Shown one piece after another: positions 58,330-64,000 of a stretch of 64,000 nucleotides of DNA. Origin of the DNA: the human T2T-CHM13v2.0 reference genome, Homo sapiens; NCBI RefSeq assembly GCF_009914755.1, contig NC_060947.1; one strand, given 5' to 3'. Under the pieces are notes generated by a model that was given only the letters and a program-made list of their open reading frames with translations, did not search any database and had not been told where the DNA came from. The first letter of the stretch is position 1. Every line of letters begins with the position of its first letter. The position numbers and the translations under genes were made by a program.

Positions 58330-58600
58330 TCTACTTCTTTTTGCCTCTTCCTTGGCATGGCTTTCTACTCATTCTTCAGGTGTCAGGTTAAATGCCACAT
58401 CCTGAATCTCCCAGAATAGATCAGGCCGCTATGTTATATGCTCTCCTTTAAGGTACTAATGTAAAGTATAAGTAAATAATGATCTGCGTAATTACTTATT
58501 CAGCAGGGGCCATGTCTCTCTCGCGTTCTGCTGTGTCCCTGGGGCTCAGCACACTGGCGGGCAGTTGGTAGATGCTCAAATAGCTGAATAAATGAATGAG
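58330..58600 (+). mobile_element. L2 3' end
   Basis: cagggg.catgtct...tagatgctcaaatagctgaataaatgaatga. Confidence 0.65.
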
Positions 58601-59159
58601 CACCATGAGTGGCATTACCTGAGCAGATGAGAGGAAAATCACAGCCCTGGGAGGAGCCTTGGAAAGCTATTTTAACTCTTCCCCAGTTTATGGGCAGAAG
58701 TATTGTGTAACTACTTCTGAAAGAGCAAAGTATGTGCTTTTCTTAAAACCACACTACAGTAGTTCCTTTTTCCTTTAAATAGTTTTCATTATTTGGAAGC
58801 AAAAGGTGGTCAGGAAGCAGTTGAGAATAGAGACAGACCTCTTTTTGAAAATACGTAAAAATAACATCTAAAATCATTTCCTATTTTAGAAGAGCCAGGG
58901 AAACTCCCAGCTTCAAAGAAACCCTGTAGTAAATTCTTTTGTTACAAGGAATAATGGACCAAATTGAGTGAAGATTCTCTTTTTACCTACTCCCCAACAA
59001 AAAAAGACAGGTTGAAATTTGTTATGGTCACAATGGTGTGCTCATACCAACTTACAAGAGACAAATTAATTTTGAGAGCTGAGTTGTTAAATTCAGCCAT
59101 TATTAGAAATTAAATTATATAACCTTGCAATAAAATAAATTATATGAAAAACAAAGCTT

Positions 59160-59464
<305 letters not shown>

Positions 59465-59730
59465 CTAATACATATGCGAAACTCATCCCTTTCTAATTAT
59501 TTTACTACACTTTGCTATTATCCATGCTCTTGAGGTTACTTATATCTTTTATATCAGTATACTGGAAATACTATATAATGTTCTGCCACTGGACATCTCT
59601 TCCCAACTCCACATTCTGTGACATCAAGTTGTGTAGCCTGAAGTTGGCCATGGTAGGACTATTTATGTCAGGGAAACTAGCAAATGCTACAAAGCAGTGC
59701 TTAATCTATTGTTGTGTTGATTGTCTTGAC

Positions 59731-60334
<604 letters not shown>

Positions 60335-60632
60335 TTATCTGATTTAGTAAAGAAGTCATTTATGTCACTATGTGAATCAGAGAAATTTTGACATGCATTT
60401 TGTTGTTTTGCTTTTGTCTTAATCATAAATGTAAACCAATGTATCAACCAATACTTATGTCAGAACCATGCTTGTTTGATAATTGCCACCTTAGGTTGGA
60501 TATGGATACAAGAGTTAGGTAAAAATCAACTAAGGCATGAGTATGAATGTTAATTAGCTGTATGAAATTTACAAGAATGAATATTGTATATTTTATTATT
60601 TTTGGATCACGTGCCACACATTTAAAATAAAG

Positions 60633-60685
60633 ATATGTGTGTGTGTGTGTGTGCGCGCACGCGCGTGCACGTGTGCACACGTGCA
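60633..60685. repeat. Alternating purine-pyrimidine tract ((TG)n grading into CG/CA palindromes)
   Basis: atatgtgtgtgtgtgtgtgtgcgcgcacgcgcgtgcacgtgtgcacacgtgca. Confidence 0.95.
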
Positions 60686-61323
60686 GATTGTTAAGCATTT
60701 ACCAGAACACACTGGTAAGAAGGGGCATAGGTCTGAGAGGATTCTTTGAGTCTTTGAATAGGTTCATGGTTCCTTTTCTTCAGGGGTTCTGAGCAAAGTT
60801 CCTAACCTGAAAACAAACACACATCTGAGCCATCTTAAGGCATTTGAGTTACGGCTGCAAGTTCTAACCCTCTTCATTTGATCATGGTGATGGGGGAGGC
60901 TGTCTAGTCCTTGAGGCCTTCAGCTGCCTGGGAAAGTCTTCAGGAAAAGATAACATTTCACTTTGGTGACAAATTTGTTGATTTTACAGATAACATCCAC
61001 ATTTTGCCATCAAGGAGCATTCAACAAGGACATTGGTTTTTATGTTTTTCTCTAAACAGTCATTAGTACAAATTAATAAATCTTTTTGTTGAGGGAACAT
61101 TGGGCTATATTTCATCTTTGCTCTGCTAACAGAAAAAAAAAAAGAAAAGAAATGTGTTTCCTTGGGTTCAGGATATAAAGAACAAGAGACTTTGAAGTTA
61201 TATGGACCTGGCGTGTGCCTCTAAGTCATACCAAGGACACAGGACACTGGTTATGCACATGAGCAGAGCACATGTGAATGCATCCTTGCTTTCTCTGGCA
61301 GTGGAATTTAGAAACCTCTAGAA

Positions 61324-61516
61324 CAGAGGCTCTCAAACTTAAGGGTGCCTCAGAATCACCTGGAGGGCCTGTTAAAACACAGATGACTGGGTCCCACTCC
61401 CAGAGTTTCTTTCACTAGGTCCCTGGTGGGGGCCCCAATTTGCATTTCTAATCAGTTCCCCGGAGATGCTAATGCTGATGCTGTTGGTCTGGGAGCCACA
61501 CTTTGAGAACCAGCAG
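61324..61516. mobile_element. MER5A hAT-Charlie MITE
   Basis: tctcaaactt..gtgcctcagaatcacctggagggc.tgttaaaacacagat...ccacactttgagaacc; TSD-like tctagaa on both sides. Confidence 0.9.
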
Positions 61517-62174
61517 TCTAGAAAGAAAGCCCCAGTTTTTTACATGCCTGGTTTTGATTATATTCTGCCTTGAGACATTTCCTACAGGGTCACTTTGACA
61601 GCTTGTGGTCATCTAAGCAAGCTGGAAGATGCCTTTCTCTCATAATTCACACAACTGCCAGGCAAAAAGCTTGGCTGCTCTGACTGCTCTGAGCCTGCAC
61701 CACTTCAGCTTTGGGGAGCATCAGGTACATTCCCATCAGAAAGTCCTTTGGGGCCTGAGTTAGCATGTCAACTCCTGCAAAAGCAGAAGACACAGTGAAC
61801 CTGGCTTCCTGACCTGGCTGTCCAGAAAGGGAGCCAGAGGCCCAGAAGATGCAGTGCAAGGTGATGTGCAGATGAGGACGTTGACATTTTGGCACTATTA
61901 AGCTTCAGGTTTTATCTGAGGGAAGGAGTGAAAGAGAGGTGAGAAGCACTATTTCCAAGAAGGTGGAAATGGTGGTGGAACTTCCTTTCTCCATGAGCCA
62001 GAGCAGGACCATAGAGAAGTAGAGCCAAGAGGGCTAGAGAATGCAATGCAATATCTAAAATGTCTCTACTGGGTATCTTTGGGAGATGGGGCCATAGGAG
62101 ATTTTTTTCTTTCTATTTTTCTGGATTTTCTAAATTTAAAAAACTTAACTTGTACATATGCTAATTAAAAATAA

Positions 62175-62690
62175 AAAACTCCCCGCTATATTTCCATTTG
62201 TAAAAATGCAGCCATAACATACATAGGTAGGTGCATAAAGTGTATTAACCTTAATTGCAAGCTTTGTGATTTTGGAGTGTGTGTGTGTGTGTGTGTGTAT
62301 GTGAGTGTGTTTGTGTGTGTGTGTGTTTGTGTGTATGTGTGTTTGTGTGTGTGTGAGTGATATAACCAGAATCTAGATCAAGATAGAGAACATTTCCAGC
62401 TTCTTAGAAGGTTCCCTCATGCCCCTGGTCATTATCCCCTAAGGGTCACCACTGAGTCACTGGCCTTTATCATCACTCATTAGTTCTGTCTATTCTTGCA
62501 CTTCAGAGAAATGGCATCATACAACATGTATTTTTTGTGTGTCTGGTTTCTTTAGCTCAATCTAATGCTGATGAGATTTACCCATTTTATTGCTGATTAG
62601 AATTCCATTGTATGGACCCAGCACAATGTATTTATCCATTCTTCTGTTGATGGGCATTGAGACTATTTCTAGGTTTGGATTATAATGGGT
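62175..62690 (-). mobile_element. Old L1M 3' end containing (TG)n at 62276-62358
   Basis: atcaagatagagaacatttccagc...gaaggttccctcatgcccct...tccattcttctgttgatgggcatt. Confidence 0.75.
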
Positions 62691-62869
62691 ACTTCTATTT
62701 CATTTAAAAGTTAGGATATAGCCATGGAAATGATAGATTCCCTAGTAGTAACAGCTCCCTTTGATGGAATGCCTCCTTTGTGGCAGGTATTTTACTTAGT
62801 TCTAATCTTTTTACCAACCCTGTGGGATGATGCCATTATTCCCCTGTCACAGGGGAGAAGACACAAGCT

Positions 62870-63277
62870 GAGAGACGACAGGTTGAGTTCTCTGTGAAGC
62901 AGATGCTCTGACAGGTGGGAGTGCAAGAGGTTTAGCGGGAAATACCTGTGAAAGAAAAGGGGAGAAAGCAGGACCAGGCAAGAGGAGCCCAGAGCATGAT
63001 GCAGACCTGTCAAAGTCTGTGCCCAACAGGGAGCTCTGGAGCAAATACTGCCTTTTAGAGGAGTCTTCTGGGTGGTGGAAATGGGCCTTGTATCACCTCC
63101 TTCATCAGTCATTGGCTAGGGGCCACCTCAAGAACAGCATGACCTTGGCTCAAAAGCTGAGGCAGACCCTGAAGGAGCTAACAGCTGGAGACTGTCAAGT
63201 AACCACACTCCTTTCAGCTGGTCAACGGGTTCTTTCTTGACAGGGGATCTAAGCAGTGCATCTCTGTGTCTGCCACA
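62870..63277 (-). mobile_element. LTR16-family ERVL solo LTR inserted in a MIR
   Basis: Reverse complement starts tgtggcagacacagagatgcactgcttagatcccc; contains cagtcattggct and gcagaccctgaaggagct.acagctg. Confidence 0.75.
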
Positions 63278-64000
63278 GCAAGCAAACGCAGAATCGGGGA
63301 CTCAAACCCAGGCTGTCTGGTATCAAAGCTCGTCTCCTTTGCACTCTGCCATTCTGCCTTCCCTAACTCAGGAAACCTTATAGTCAAGAGGTCAAGAATC
63401 TCCTGAAGGCACGAGTCAGGATCGTCAGTTGCTAGGTAGGGCCAAAGCTAGTGGGAGGTCATGTTCCCTTTCTGTCCTGGGCAGTCTGCTGCAACTGTGA
63501 GGTGCTCACTTCCCAGCAAAAGCAGGAAGGACGTGTCCAGAATAAGTCCATTGCCAACTTGCTGGGGGACTGCCCAAAGTGTGAAGCTGTGTGACCGGCA
63601 AAGAAGATGCAAGCAAGAGCATTTTTCCTTCGAGAAAAAAAAAATGAAACCAAACCTCTCTGATTTCTGAAATTCTGGGCTCTAACTATAGCTTAAACCG
63701 AGAGTGGGCAGTCTTAGGAGGGTGAACATGGGATGAACTTCCCAGCTAAGGGGAAAGGAGAAAAGACTTTTCTTAAACTCATGACGGCATGCTCAGAAAG
63801 AGGAATGGAGGTCTACACTGAAGCCTAACTTTCCAGAGAAAGGAAGGTTGGTTCTGCAAATACGTGTAACTTTTCCACATGATCTCCTTCCAGGTTGAGT
63901 CATTAGACCTAATGTTGGTGACCACCATTTCCCTGGGCAATGATCCTTTCTCTACTGAGTGGATGGAGGGATAAGAGGCTTCTGGGTGTGCTAGGCTGAG

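Overview
Human (primate) genomic DNA, repeat-rich, with no intact protein-coding exon. A minus-strand exon at 55533-55688 ends ...GGAAATTTGGCAG|gtaagt, which I recognise from memory as the non-coding first exon of the proximal-promoter (P2) PLAC1 transcript (Xq26.3). On that reading, 1-55532 is PLAC1 intron and the P2 promoter lies at about 55689-56000. Two + strand processed pseudogenes sit in the intron (RPL21 about 4318-4897, RPS7 about 47984-48686), along with about 26 Alus, L1/L2/MIR fragments, four LTRs and several DNA transposons. Structure not explained by the repeats: (i) a ~400-bp-arm inverted duplication (32390-33996), one arm of which carries an old AluJ while the arms remain ~87% identical; (ii) a ~170-bp direct duplication (50305-50474 / 51751-51920) 4-5 kb inside the P2 start that keeps GCM1-like and TEAD motifs in both copies; (iii) two MER63 copies independently hit by different Alus at the same site; (iv) a 53-bp alternating purine/pyrimidine palindrome cluster; (v) a uORF and an internal splice donor in the PLAC1 exon. 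Subfamily names and locus identity come from recall, not from a database search, and the boundaries of old repeats are approximate.
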